From Methanotrichaceae archaeon (GTDB lineage Archaea; Halobacteriota; Methanosarcinia; Methanotrichales; Methanotrichaceae): a DNA stretch of 64,000 nucleotides. Positions 30,472 through 39,391 of this stretch are shown here, piece by piece; the stretch's first letter is position 1, and the number at the start of each line of letters is the position of its first letter. Made by a program: the position numbers and the translations under genes. The notes under the pieces were generated by a model. It saw nothing but the letters and a program-made list of their open reading frames with translations, had not been told where the DNA came from and made no database searches. The stretch is from contig CAVVKN010000002.1 in NCBI GenBank assembly GCA_963748825.1, positions 96,001 to 160,000 of the forward strand, in the 5' to 3' direction.

Positions 30472-31890
30472 CTAAATTGAGAACCGCTCTCCTCTCGCCG
30501 GAATAGCGACATTGGATATTCCCAATTTGCTCAGCCCTGCGGCCATTGCCGCTGTCGCATCCAGCTCTCCGTGCACCACAAATACACGTTCGGGCTTGTT
30601 CGGGATTGCTGCGATGAAATCGAGCAGCTCGCCCCCGTCTGCATGGGCACTGTAGCCGTCAATCTCCTCCATCCTGGCCCTTACCTCGTACTCCTCGCCG
30701 TATATGCGCGCAATCTTGTCTCCCTGCAAGAGCTTTCGGCCCAGAGTATTCTCCGCCTGATAGCCTACGAAAAGAACTGTGGTCTTGGGATTGCCGATAT
30801 TGCGGCGCAGGTGATGTAGCACTCTTCCGCCTTCGCACATACCCGAAGCGCTGATGATAATGGCCGGCTTTCTAAGGTCGTTGAGCCTCTTTGATTCCTC
30901 CGTACTGCGAGTGTACGTGAGCATATCAAAGCCAAAGGGGTCCTGCCCCCCGTCTTGCAGCAAGAGCTTCTCGGTTTCCTCATCATAGCACTCGGGATGT
31001 TGCCGGAAGATCTCTGTGACATTGGTTGCCAGAGGGCTGTCCACATAGACAGGCATTGAGGGAATTTGTTTTGATTCCATCAATTCGTGCAGATGATAGA
31101 CAACATCCTGGGTCCTCCCCACGGCAAATGCGGGAATTATGAGCAGGCCGCCTCTTTGCGCCGTATCGCTTACAATTCTGGCCAGCTTTTCTTTGGCCTC
31201 ATTCATAGGACCGTGACTTCGGCCACCATAAGTCGACTCTGTGATGAGAACATCCGCACGGCTGAAGACCTCAGGGTCTCGCACCACAGCAGCACCTTTT
31301 CGTCCCAGATCGCCGGTAAAAGCCAACGTTGTCGTCTTCTTTTCATCTCGGCCCTCGGCAATCTCAAGCGCGACCGTTGCTGAGCCGAGAATGTGTCCCG
31401 CATCTCTGAAGGTGAGTTTTATGCCGGGAAGAATCTCAAGGGGACGCCTGTATTCTACGGTTTGAAAGAGACGCAGTGCGGTCGTAACATCATGTCTTGT
31501 GAATAGCGGCTTGATAAAAGGCAATCCCCTCTCTGCGCTTAGCTTGTTTACATATTTCGTGTCCATCTCCTGAAGAGAGGCGGAGTCGCGCAGCATGGCA
31601 CTGCAGAGGTCGCGCGTCGCTGATGTCGAGAAGATGCTGTTGTCAAAGCCATTTTTAATCAGCATGGGCAATTTGCCGCTGTGGTCAAGATGGGCATGAG
31701 ATAGCACCACGGCATCGATGCTCTTGACGTCAAAAGGAAATTCAGAATTTAGCTTCCTGGCTTCCTGCCGTTTGCCCTGCACCATTCCGCAGTCCAGCAG
31801 CAACCGATGCCCATTTGCCTCAACCAGATGCATTGAGCCTGTAACGGACTGTGCGGCTCCAAAGAATTGCAGTATCAATTTGATCACCAT
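30472..31890 (-). CDS. Metallo-beta-lactamase/beta-CASP ribonuclease
   Basis: GAAQSVTGS, SHAHLDHSG, AGHILGS, ESTYG, PAFAVGRTQ, ASGMCEGGR, SAHAD and VHGE. Confidence 0.93.
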   Translation of the reverse strand: MVIKLILQFFGAAQSVTGSMHLVEANGHRLLLDCGMVQGKRQEARKLNSEFPFDVKSIDAVVLSHAHLDHSGKLPMLIKNGFDNSIFSTSATRDLCSAMLRDSASLQEMDTKYVNKLSAERGLPFIKPLFTRHDVTTALRLFQTVEYRRPLEILPGIKLTFRDAGHILGSATVALEIAEGRDEKKTTTLAFTGDLGRKGAAVVRDPEVFSRADVLITESTYGGRSHGPMNEAKEKLARIVSDTAQRGGLLIIPAFAVGRTQDVVYHLHELMESKQIPSMPVYVDSPLATNVTEIFRQHPECYDEETEKLLLQDGGQDPFGFDMLTYTRSTEESKRLNDLRKPAIIISASGMCEGGRVLHHLRRNIGNPKTTVLFVGYQAENTLGRKLLQGDKIARIYGEEYEVRARMEEIDGYSAHADGGELLDFIAAIPNKPERVFVVHGELDATAAMAAGLSKLGISNVAIPARGERFSI

Positions 31891-32088
31891 TTCTAAAATT
31901 CTTCTTTTCTGTTTCCTGTTTGCACCATCCAGCGCCCAGGAATTTGCTTCTATTCTTGTTTATCGGGTTAACTTGTATTTGGTGCTGGAGTCGTTTGATA
32001 TTTAGCCTGCTTAAGATAAATATCCTGTGCCAAGATATCGAGAAACTATTTAACGCCAGGCAGACTAATTTGATGTCACTATAGAAAG

Positions 32089-32469
32089 GTGAAGATCATG
32101 ATTCATCCTGAGCGCGTATTCTCCTTCAAGGAGCTGGAAAGCGAAGACGATCTGGTAGAGGCCATGACCAACCACAAGTGGCCTATCTGCTATGGCTTTT
32201 ACTATGGAAATCTGCTCTACCTGGGTGACGGTGATAGTGAGGACAAGCCCGAGTTTGCCGTCATGACTGTCGATAAGACGGAAGGCCACCATGGCGTTCA
32301 TGGCCGTGAAGTTGGAAGGATCAAGCCTACCGGGATGTCCGCAGAACAGGTCCATAAATTCATCCAGGAGATGACGGCAGGCCACTACAGCAGCGAAAAT
32401 CCTGTTCAGATCGAGGCCGAGCCCATATGGCATCATAGCTGCACTTTCTGCCGGCTGGAAGAGGAATAG
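32089..32469 (+). CDS. Hypothetical protein with C-terminal HxCxxC
   Basis: Coherent 126-aa ORF with GTG start, ending WHHSCTFCRLEEE. Confidence 0.75.
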   Translation: MKIMIHPERVFSFKELESEDDLVEAMTNHKWPICYGFYYGNLLYLGDGDSEDKPEFAVMTVDKTEGHHGVHGREVGRIKPTGMSAEQVHKFIQEMTAGHYSSENPVQIEAEPIWHHSCTFCRLEEE

Positions 32470-32792
32470 ACAAGCATCTGCATCCACTCCATTTCGGCTT
32501 CAAGATATTGCTTGAGGTCCTTAATTTTTATTTATATATTCATTATTTAACCTCATCTAGCATCGTAAGAGTATGACATATGCCGATTGATTTTATTCAC
32601 AAGCATGAACATATTCTGCGCAGCCCAAGAGTCCTGCCGCAGTTTAATACCGTTTTGCAGGCTTCCACCCCCTTTTAGAGATAAAAATCCGGCGGATTCT
32701 CTTGCCATCTAGATAAAATTAATATAATGGTATTCTGTATAACAATTAATCAGGTATCATTTGGTTAAATTGGGAAGCACGGAGGGAATTTG

Positions 32793-33065
32793 ATGGCTGA
32801 AACAAGAAATTTCGCCCTCAGGGACGAAAAAGGCAATGAGATTGGAGTCTTCACCGGAAAGCAACCAAGGCAAGCAGCCTTGAAAGCGGCCAACCGAGGC
32901 ATAACAGACATACGGCTCAGGGAGCGCGGCACAAAGAAGGTGCATATTTTCACAGGGGAAAGGGTTCAGGTAAAGAAACCCAAAGGAGCGCCTGCCTGGA
33001 TGCCGGATAAGATCTGGAAGCCAAAGGTAAAAAAAATGGGTGTCGAGAAGCTGGAAGAGCTATAA
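32793..33065 (+). CDS. Non-histone chromosomal protein MC1
   Basis: RNFALRD..GNEIGVFTGKQPRQAALKAANRG..IRLRERGTKKVHIF..PAWMP is the MC1 signature. Confidence 0.96.
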   Translation: MAETRNFALRDEKGNEIGVFTGKQPRQAALKAANRGITDIRLRERGTKKVHIFTGERVQVKKPKGAPAWMPDKIWKPKVKKMGVEKLEEL

Positions 33066-33649
33066 GAAACTGGATTTTTTCCGAACAATGAGCTTTGTCC
33101 GGTCTGATCTGTCAGACGAACATATCTCATTGCGTATCTTATTTTATTGAATTTTCGGGAATGCAAATTAAGCGCTCAAGCCGGAAGGGATACTATCGGT
33201 CCTTTTTATCAAGCGTTTAGGGATGGCCCCAAACCGACAAAACGTTTCAGCAAAGATTTTGGGCTATTGCTTGCCATATCCAGGATCTATCCGAAACTCT
33301 TCCACCTCAGTAAGATTATATTATTTTTTTATTTATTATTTGTTCTCGTATTAATTTACTCATGCACCAACCTCATAATAGGATGTGATTACTATGAACA
33401 ATATCGCTAATACCGGTATTACTACGAAGATTATCTTCAAAGAATAATGCGTTCGCTGCACATTTAATTAAATTTAAATAGTTTAAAATGCTATTAATAA
33501 ATTGGAGCCTCCGATGAGTCGCCATCCCTTCTCCATCGAAGGCTTTCGCCCCCAATTATCTCTTGATATTCGAGTATTTTTGCCCGAAATTCCCACCACA
33601 GCCAAAGCCTATTTCTTCTCAACAGCCTCTTGTATCGCAGGGTGTTTTA

Positions 33650-34630
33650 ATGGAGGTACTCTGGCTCACGGAAGAAGAAGTGAAATCCCTTTTGACCATG
33701 GACGAGGCAATTGACTCCGTAGAGAATGCCTTTTATGACCACGGAATGGGCCGTACTCAAATGCCGCCCAAGTCCTATCTTTACTTCTCAAAATATGACG
33801 GTGATCTTAGAACCATGCCCGCTTATCTCGAGGGAATGGATAAGGCAGGAGTGAAGATTGTCAACGTCCATACCGCAAATCCAAAAATCGGTCTTCCCAC
33901 CGTCATGGCCCTGTTGACCTTGATCTCTCCGAAAAACGGAACGCCTCTGGCCATTATGGGTGCGACCTTTCTCACGGCCATGCGCACGGGGGCGGCAGGT
34001 ACTGTGGCGGCCAAGCACCTCGCCAGACACAATTGCCGCGTGGTGGGAATGATTGGGGCCGGAGTGCAGGCAAGAGCCCAGCTCTTGGGCCTGTCCAGGC
34101 ACTTTAAGATTGAGCAAGTGATAGTTTTCGACACATCGCAAGAGCGATCCCAGTCTTTGGAAAAGGATGGTAGAGAATTTTTAGAGTGCGAGTACTTGAT
34201 CTCTGCAAAGCCCCAGGAGGCCTGCGAATGCGATATTCTTGTTACTACCACTCCCTCGCGCAGGCCAGTCATCAAAGACAGTTGGATCTTGCCCGGAACA
34301 CACATAAATGCCATCGGAGCCGATGCGAAAGGCAAGCAAGAGCTGCAGTCCTCTCTCACCAAGAGGGCTAAGGTTTTTGTAGATGATCTGGCCCAGGCAG
34401 TGCACTCCGGCGAGGTGAATGTTCCGATATCCGAAGGTGTGCTCTTGCCTGAGGAAATCTATGCAGAGATCGGCGAGGTCCTGGCAGGCAAGAAACCAGG
34501 GAGGGAAAACGATAAAGAGATCACCATCTTCGACTCCACTGGCCTTGGCATACAGGATGTGGCTACAGGCTTTGCAGTTTATGAAAAAGCTCTGCAAACT
34601 GGAAGGGGAATAAAGCTACCAATGGCCTGA
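33650..34630 (+). CDS. ala: Alanine dehydrogenase, archaeal (ornithine cyclodeaminase/mu-crystallin family)
   Basis: QMPPKSYLYF..DGDLRTMPAY, KIVNVH, MRTGAAG, HINAIGADAKGKQEL and FDSTGLGIQD; start ATG 33650. Confidence 0.85.
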   Translation: MEVLWLTEEEVKSLLTMDEAIDSVENAFYDHGMGRTQMPPKSYLYFSKYDGDLRTMPAYLEGMDKAGVKIVNVHTANPKIGLPTVMALLTLISPKNGTPLAIMGATFLTAMRTGAAGTVAAKHLARHNCRVVGMIGAGVQARAQLLGLSRHFKIEQVIVFDTSQERSQSLEKDGREFLECEYLISAKPQEACECDILVTTTPSRRPVIKDSWILPGTHINAIGADAKGKQELQSSLTKRAKVFVDDLAQAVHSGEVNVPISEGVLLPEEIYAEIGEVLAGKKPGRENDKEITIFDSTGLGIQDVATGFAVYEKALQTGRGIKLPMA

Positions 34631-34683
34631 ACGCCGGCGGCATGTAGCCGCAATCTATATCAATTTTGACATAGACGTGTGGC

Positions 34684-34926
34684 ATGGTAACTATGGCAAG
34701 AGACAAAAAGAAGGGCAAGGGTCCACAGGATCGCAACAGCAATTATCAGATGAAAAACGGCAATCCCGTCTCCAAGAAAAAGGATAAAAAATCCAGTGCT
34801 TCCAAGCCCACAGAGACGAAATCTGCTGCCCAGACAAAGCCCGCGGAGCCTAAGAGCTTCATTTCAGGCATTTCCAGCAGCATTTCCAATGCCACAAACA
34901 GCATAAGCAAAATGTTCAAACACTAA
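34684..34926 (+). CDS. Small basic low-complexity hypothetical protein
   Basis: Lys/Ser-rich 80-aa ORF with a possible amphipathic C-terminal helix (FISGISSSISNATNSISKMF), followed by a hairpin. Confidence 0.65.
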   Translation: MVTMARDKKKGKGPQDRNSNYQMKNGNPVSKKKDKKSSASKPTETKSAAQTKPAEPKSFISGISSSISNATNSISKMFKH

Positions 34927-34948
34927 CCGATATTTCAAAGGATATAGG

Positions 34949-34991
34949 TCCGGCGCAACAGGACGACGTGCGCCGGAAAACCCGGTTTTTT
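34949..34991. terminator. Hairpin between convergent genes
   Basis: TCCGGCGCA (34949-34957)/TGCGCCGGA (34969-34977) followed by a T run. Confidence 0.55.
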
Positions 34992-35010
34992 AGGCAATTT
35001 GGATTAAAGC

Positions 35011-35949
35011 TTATCCTTGTTCCTTGGTTCTGCTCTGAAACTCATTCTGCACATCGCATCCCAGCCGCCCAATGGCATCAGAGCGACACTGCCGGCAATG
35101 CTTCATCTGCTTGATGATCTTACCCAGCTCCTCCTGGATATTTCTTTTCTCCTCGGGCGAAGGGGGCTTGATGTGGGCAAACTTGTACTGGGGAATGAGG
35201 GGCATGACGTTATGGATGTAGACACCCATGGACTTAATCTTGCGGGCGATGTCGAAGACATGTTTGTCATTTATGCCTGGAATGAGGACGGTATTGACCT
35301 TCACGATCTTCTTCAGCTTCAGGGCCTCTTCGATGCCTTTGAGCTGGTGGTCGCGCAGGATGGTTGCCGCCTCCAGGCCCTCGTATCTCTTGCCCTGATA
35401 GGTCACATATTCGTAGATCTGCTGGCCAATCTCCGGGTCGATGGCATTCAATGTAACCGTAATGTTGGAGACGCCCAAACGGTCCAATTCCTCGATCTTG
35501 TCAGGCAGAAGCAGGCCATTGGTGCTGAGGCAAAGGATCATGCCCGGATACTTTTCGCCCACCAGGCGCATCGTCTCAAATGTCTCCTCGTTGGCCAGAG
35601 GCTCGCCAGGACCGGCTACGGCTACCACTTTGATGTAGTGATATTTCTCCAGGACCTCGTCCACGCGCTCTAACGCTTCCTTTGGTTTCAGAACTTGAGA
35701 CGTCACCCCTGGCCGGGACTCATTAACGCAGTCGAAATCCCGCACACAGTACTTGCACTGGATGTTGCACTTGGGGGCCACAGCCAGGTGCATTCTGCCA
35801 AAGGCATGGCAGGCCTTTTCGCTGAAGCACGGATGCTCCTGGATCCGTCTGAGCTGATCCGGGTCGTATGGGATTTCCTTTCCACCGACATTGGCAACGG
35901 GAAATGTCTCTTCGCTCATTATTTGCAGCTCCACTGTTGTACTAGACAT
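35011..35949 (-). CDS. nifB: NifB-type radical SAM protein (short archaeal form, no NifX domain)
   Basis: HPC, RMHLAVAPKCNIQCKYC, CVNESRPG, AGPGEPLAN and C-terminal HCRQCRSDAIG. Confidence 0.92.
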   Translation of the reverse strand: MSSTTVELQIMSEETFPVANVGGKEIPYDPDQLRRIQEHPCFSEKACHAFGRMHLAVAPKCNIQCKYCVRDFDCVNESRPGVTSQVLKPKEALERVDEVLEKYHYIKVVAVAGPGEPLANEETFETMRLVGEKYPGMILCLSTNGLLLPDKIEELDRLGVSNITVTLNAIDPEIGQQIYEYVTYQGKRYEGLEAATILRDHQLKGIEEALKLKKIVKVNTVLIPGINDKHVFDIARKIKSMGVYIHNVMPLIPQYKFAHIKPPSPEEKRNIQEELGKIIKQMKHCRQCRSDAIGRLGCDVQNEFQSRTKEQG

Positions 35950-36023
35950 CAATTATGGCCGAACATGGCTAAAAGACTTTTCGTGCCGGAGAATACTTTA
36001 AGGATGTAGCAATACTACAGTCT

Positions 36024-36326
36024 ATGCCCGAGAAGGACAAGCTTGTCATATGGCCCATCTACTTCGACATAGCTCGCACCAGGTCAGAAGGCAGAATGGT
36101 TTCCCATCAAGATGCCGTCAATGAGCCGAACCTGGATATGGTGATCACAGCCTCACTTAAATCCGGTTTCAAGCCGGAGATCGAGCGCGAGAAGAAGCAC
36201 CCCAAGACCTGGCACCAGGAAGAAGCTTCCGGGAGAATACTGGTTGCCAAAAAAGGCTCCAAATCAGCCGTCTTAAAGAGGATCGCAGGCTCCATGAAGT
36301 CAAAATACAAGAAGAAGAGCCATTGA
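36024..36326 (+). CDS. srp19: Signal recognition particle 19 kDa protein
   Basis: VIWPIYFD..RTRSEGR.V..AV.EP, KKHPKTW and GRILV. Confidence 0.93.
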   Translation: MPEKDKLVIWPIYFDIARTRSEGRMVSHQDAVNEPNLDMVITASLKSGFKPEIEREKKHPKTWHQEEASGRILVAKKGSKSAVLKRIAGSMKSKYKKKSH

Positions 36327-36327
36327 T

Positions 36328-36966
36328 ATGATCGACCTGCATACTCATACAATTTTCAGCGATGGCGAACTCATTCCTTCCGAGCTGGTACGCCGGGCGG
36401 AGGTATTGGGATACACGGCCATCGGCATAACCGATCATGCGGACTATACCAATATCGAGCACATCTTATCCTGCATATCTAAAGTCAAATATTTGGAAGA
36501 CGTATTGGATATCAAGATCCTGGTGGGAGCGGAGCTGACTCATGTGCCCCCCCAGAAGATTGGGCCGCTAGCTGCGCTTGCCCGCAAGCTGGGGGCAGAG
36601 ATCGTGGTTGTACACGGGGAGACGCCGGTGGAGCCCGTCCGACCTGGCACAAACCGCGCTGCCCTGGAAGCGAGAGTGGACATCCTGGCCCATCCCGGCT
36701 TCATCACCCTGGAGGAGGCAGAGCTGGCACGTGAGAACAATGTCTGTCTGGAGATCACATCCCGCTCGGGCCACAATATCACCAACGGCCATGTGGTGCG
36801 CATGGCAAAGCTGGCCGGAGCAAAAATGGTGGTGGACACGGATAGCCACGCACCCAGAGATCTCATAAACAGCGAGCGCGCCATAGAGATCGCTATGGGT
36901 GCAAGCTTAACTCGGGAAGAGGCTACCGCGATAGTTAAGCAGCATGCCATCATCAAAAGGGGTTGA
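36328..36966 (+). CDS. PHP-family phosphoesterase (histidinol phosphatase domain-like)
   Basis: DLHTHT..SDG, ITDH, ELTHVPP, VHGET..EPV, LAHPG and DSH. Confidence 0.92.
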   Translation: MIDLHTHTIFSDGELIPSELVRRAEVLGYTAIGITDHADYTNIEHILSCISKVKYLEDVLDIKILVGAELTHVPPQKIGPLAALARKLGAEIVVVHGETPVEPVRPGTNRAALEARVDILAHPGFITLEEAELARENNVCLEITSRSGHNITNGHVVRMAKLAGAKMVVDTDSHAPRDLINSERAIEIAMGASLTREEATAIVKQHAIIKRG

Positions 36967-36970
36967 ATAG

Positions 36971-37360
36971 ATAGACATCCTGGCAATTGATATTTCAGGC
37001 CGGCATGCCGTGAATGGCAGATATAAGATGGTATGCGCTGTTGTCTGCGCCCGCATATCTCCGAATTTTATTGAAAAAATTCACTCGGTGAGGCTGATAC
37101 CTCGTGTGGCCAAGGCTTTGGACCTCAATGTTGTGGCCGACTTCATAGGCGAGGCGTGCATGTGCCTTCCCGGAACAATCGTCGCTGAATCCGGAGACCT
37201 CTACAATATGGAGATCTGGAGAGTGAAAAGCATTCTGGGCAGGGACTTCAAATATCCAGAGACCATCGCGGAGAGGACGGCGATTGAAATGGCCCATCAT
37301 GTCTCAGTGGCGGGACGAAGGCTTATCATCGATGCACGAGAAGATAATACCGATGAATGA
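36971..37360 (+). CDS. DUF2209-family protein (RNase H-like N-terminus), apparent ATA start
   Basis: The frame of 37010..37360 extends upstream as (ATA)DILAIDISGRH up to an in-frame TAG at 36968; C-terminal ERTAIEMAHHVS. Confidence 0.7.
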   Translation: MDILAIDISGRHAVNGRYKMVCAVVCARISPNFIEKIHSVRLIPRVAKALDLNVVADFIGEACMCLPGTIVAESGDLYNMEIWRVKSILGRDFKYPETIAERTAIEMAHHVSVAGRRLIIDAREDNTDE

Positions 37361-38594
37361 AGAAAAGACCGCCGTCCTGCTTATACGAGAGAACCCGATC
37401 AAGTCACCAGATCCCTACAAGATAAAAGAGCTGCGGGGCCTGGCAGACGCAGCCGGATATCGGGTTTTGGCGGAGGTTTTCCAGCGTAGGAGCCGGGACT
37501 TTCGCTTCCAGATGGGAAGGGTAAAGATCGAACAGGCCTTAAGCTACAATCCAGAAAAGCTGATTTTTTACAATGCACTCAGTCCCAATCAGGTCTTCAA
37601 CATAAGAAGCGAGTTTTCCGCCCAGGTGCTGGACAGATTCAACCTCATTTTAGAGATCTTTTCCACCCGTGCCTCCACCCGCGAGGCCAAGCTGCAGGTG
37701 GAGCTGGCAAAGCTTAGCTATGATGCGCCCCAGGTAAAAAGTGCCCTCGCCCTGAAAAAGCGTGGCGAGCAGCCGGGCTTTCGCGGCGCTGGCGCTTATG
37801 AGCAATCCATGTACCACGACATCCGGGGAAGAATGTCCAAGATCCGGGCCGAGCTGAAAGATGTGGAGAACATGGGCGAGGACAGACGGCAGAGGCGCAG
37901 GGAGCAGGGCTTTGATCTGGTGGCCCTGGCCGGTTACACCAACGCCGGCAAGTCCACGTTGCATAGCGCCCTCACCGGCTCCGAGGTAGAGGCTAAGGAC
38001 CAGCCATTTACCACTCTTTCGCCCACTACCAGGGCGCTGGAGGTTTTGGGCAGAAAGGTCCTTCTCACAGACACCGTGGGCTTCATCGACGATCTGCCCC
38101 ACTTCCTCATCAAGGCCTTCCGTTCCACTCTTTCCGAAATCTCCGAGGCAGATCTGGTGCTCCTCGTGGCGGACATGAGCGATCCGCCTGAATTGTTGCG
38201 GCGCAAATTGGTAGCCTCTCACAAGGCACTTTGGGACTGCGAGGTCACTGCGCCCATAGTGACAGTCCTGAACAAGGCGGACCGGCTGGAAGAGGGCAAG
38301 GCGGAAGAGTTGGTGGAGCTGATCAGAGATTTGGCTCCCTATCCTGTTTTGGCATCGGCGATTACCGGCCAGGGGCTGGGAGTGCTGGAAGAGTGCATCT
38401 CTCAGCGTTTGCAGCCTTTGCAGGAGTACCAGCTCAGTTTGCCTTACACGGCGCAGGGCCTCGCCGAGCTTTCCCGGCTCTACGAGACGACCGAGCTGTT
38501 GTCAGTAAGCTATGAGGAGGAGCTGATTGTCCGGCTGCGTGGAAAGGAGGAGACGGTAGCCAGGGCCGGGCTGTCAGGAGCACGTCGGCTGTGA
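37353..38594 (+). CDS. hflX: GTPase HflX
   Basis: ELRGLA..AGY, EAKLQVELA, GYTNAGKST, FTTL, DTVGFI and NKAD; start ATG 37353. Confidence 0.96.
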   Translation: MNEEKTAVLLIRENPIKSPDPYKIKELRGLADAAGYRVLAEVFQRRSRDFRFQMGRVKIEQALSYNPEKLIFYNALSPNQVFNIRSEFSAQVLDRFNLILEIFSTRASTREAKLQVELAKLSYDAPQVKSALALKKRGEQPGFRGAGAYEQSMYHDIRGRMSKIRAELKDVENMGEDRRQRRREQGFDLVALAGYTNAGKSTLHSALTGSEVEAKDQPFTTLSPTTRALEVLGRKVLLTDTVGFIDDLPHFLIKAFRSTLSEISEADLVLLVADMSDPPELLRRKLVASHKALWDCEVTAPIVTVLNKADRLEEGKAEELVELIRDLAPYPVLASAITGQGLGVLEECISQRLQPLQEYQLSLPYTAQGLAELSRLYETTELLSVSYEEELIVRLRGKEETVARAGLSGARRL

Positions 38595-38600
38595 GCGGCC

Positions 38601-39323
38601 ATGCCTGAAATTTTGCGGGTGCATTTCCAGCTCAAAGAGACCATTGTCACCATTTTTGCCCGCGAGATCAGTCACATAGACGCGGCCCGAGAATCCATAA
38701 GAGAGCAGCGCGCCTATTTGGAGAATTTTATAAGAATAGATCCATTTTTTCAGATAACCTTAGAGCCTTACGATCTTGTCCAGGATAAAGCCCCGCGAAT
38801 CGTCAAGCAGATGATAGAGAAGAGCGCCGTCTTTGGCATAGGCCCCATGGCTGCAGTAGCTGGTGCCATTGCCGGCTTTGCCGTGCAGGCCATGATGGAA
38901 GAAGGAGCGACTTATGCCGTGGTGGATAACGGCGGGGATATCTGCATTTTAAATGATCAGCCCATGGTAGTAGGAATATATGCGGGAAGCTCGCCCATCC
39001 GGGACCTGGCCTTCCAGCTGGCGGCGCGAGGCAAGCCTTTGGGCATCTGCACCAGCTCGGGCAGCGTGGGGCCTTCCATCTCCTTTGGCTGTGCTGATGC
39101 TGCGGTGGTGATATCAGAGGATGTGGCTCTGGCTGATGCAGCGGCCACGGCTCTGGGAAATGCCGTTACGGCAGAGGGACCGCTGCAAGAGTGCTTCCAG
39201 GCGATTGATCGGCCGGGGATCGATGGCGCCCTGGTCATACGTGGCGAGAAAATGGCATTGTGGAAGGAGCTGCCACCCCTGCGCCGCGCTCATGTGGGTG
39301 CGGAGAGGATTACTAAGGAATAG
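38601..39323 (+). CDS. UPF0280 (ApbE-like) protein
   Basis: GPMAAVAGAIA, DNGGDI, GICTSSGSVGPSISFG and ADAAATALGN. Confidence 0.92.
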   Translation: MPEILRVHFQLKETIVTIFAREISHIDAARESIREQRAYLENFIRIDPFFQITLEPYDLVQDKAPRIVKQMIEKSAVFGIGPMAAVAGAIAGFAVQAMMEEGATYAVVDNGGDICILNDQPMVVGIYAGSSPIRDLAFQLAARGKPLGICTSSGSVGPSISFGCADAAVVISEDVALADAAATALGNAVTAEGPLQECFQAIDRPGIDGALVIRGEKMALWKELPPLRRAHVGAERITKE

Positions 39324-39391
39324 AGAATAGATATAATAATGCGCTGTGCATTCGAGATTTACTGTTAGAAGTTCGCAAGAAGGGCAAAAAA

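Noticed and set aside
36968-36970. In-frame TAG as pyrrolysine read-through into DUF2209
   Set aside because: The upstream in-frame sequence lies inside the PHP gene in another frame, the motif starts after the TAG, and there is no pyl context.
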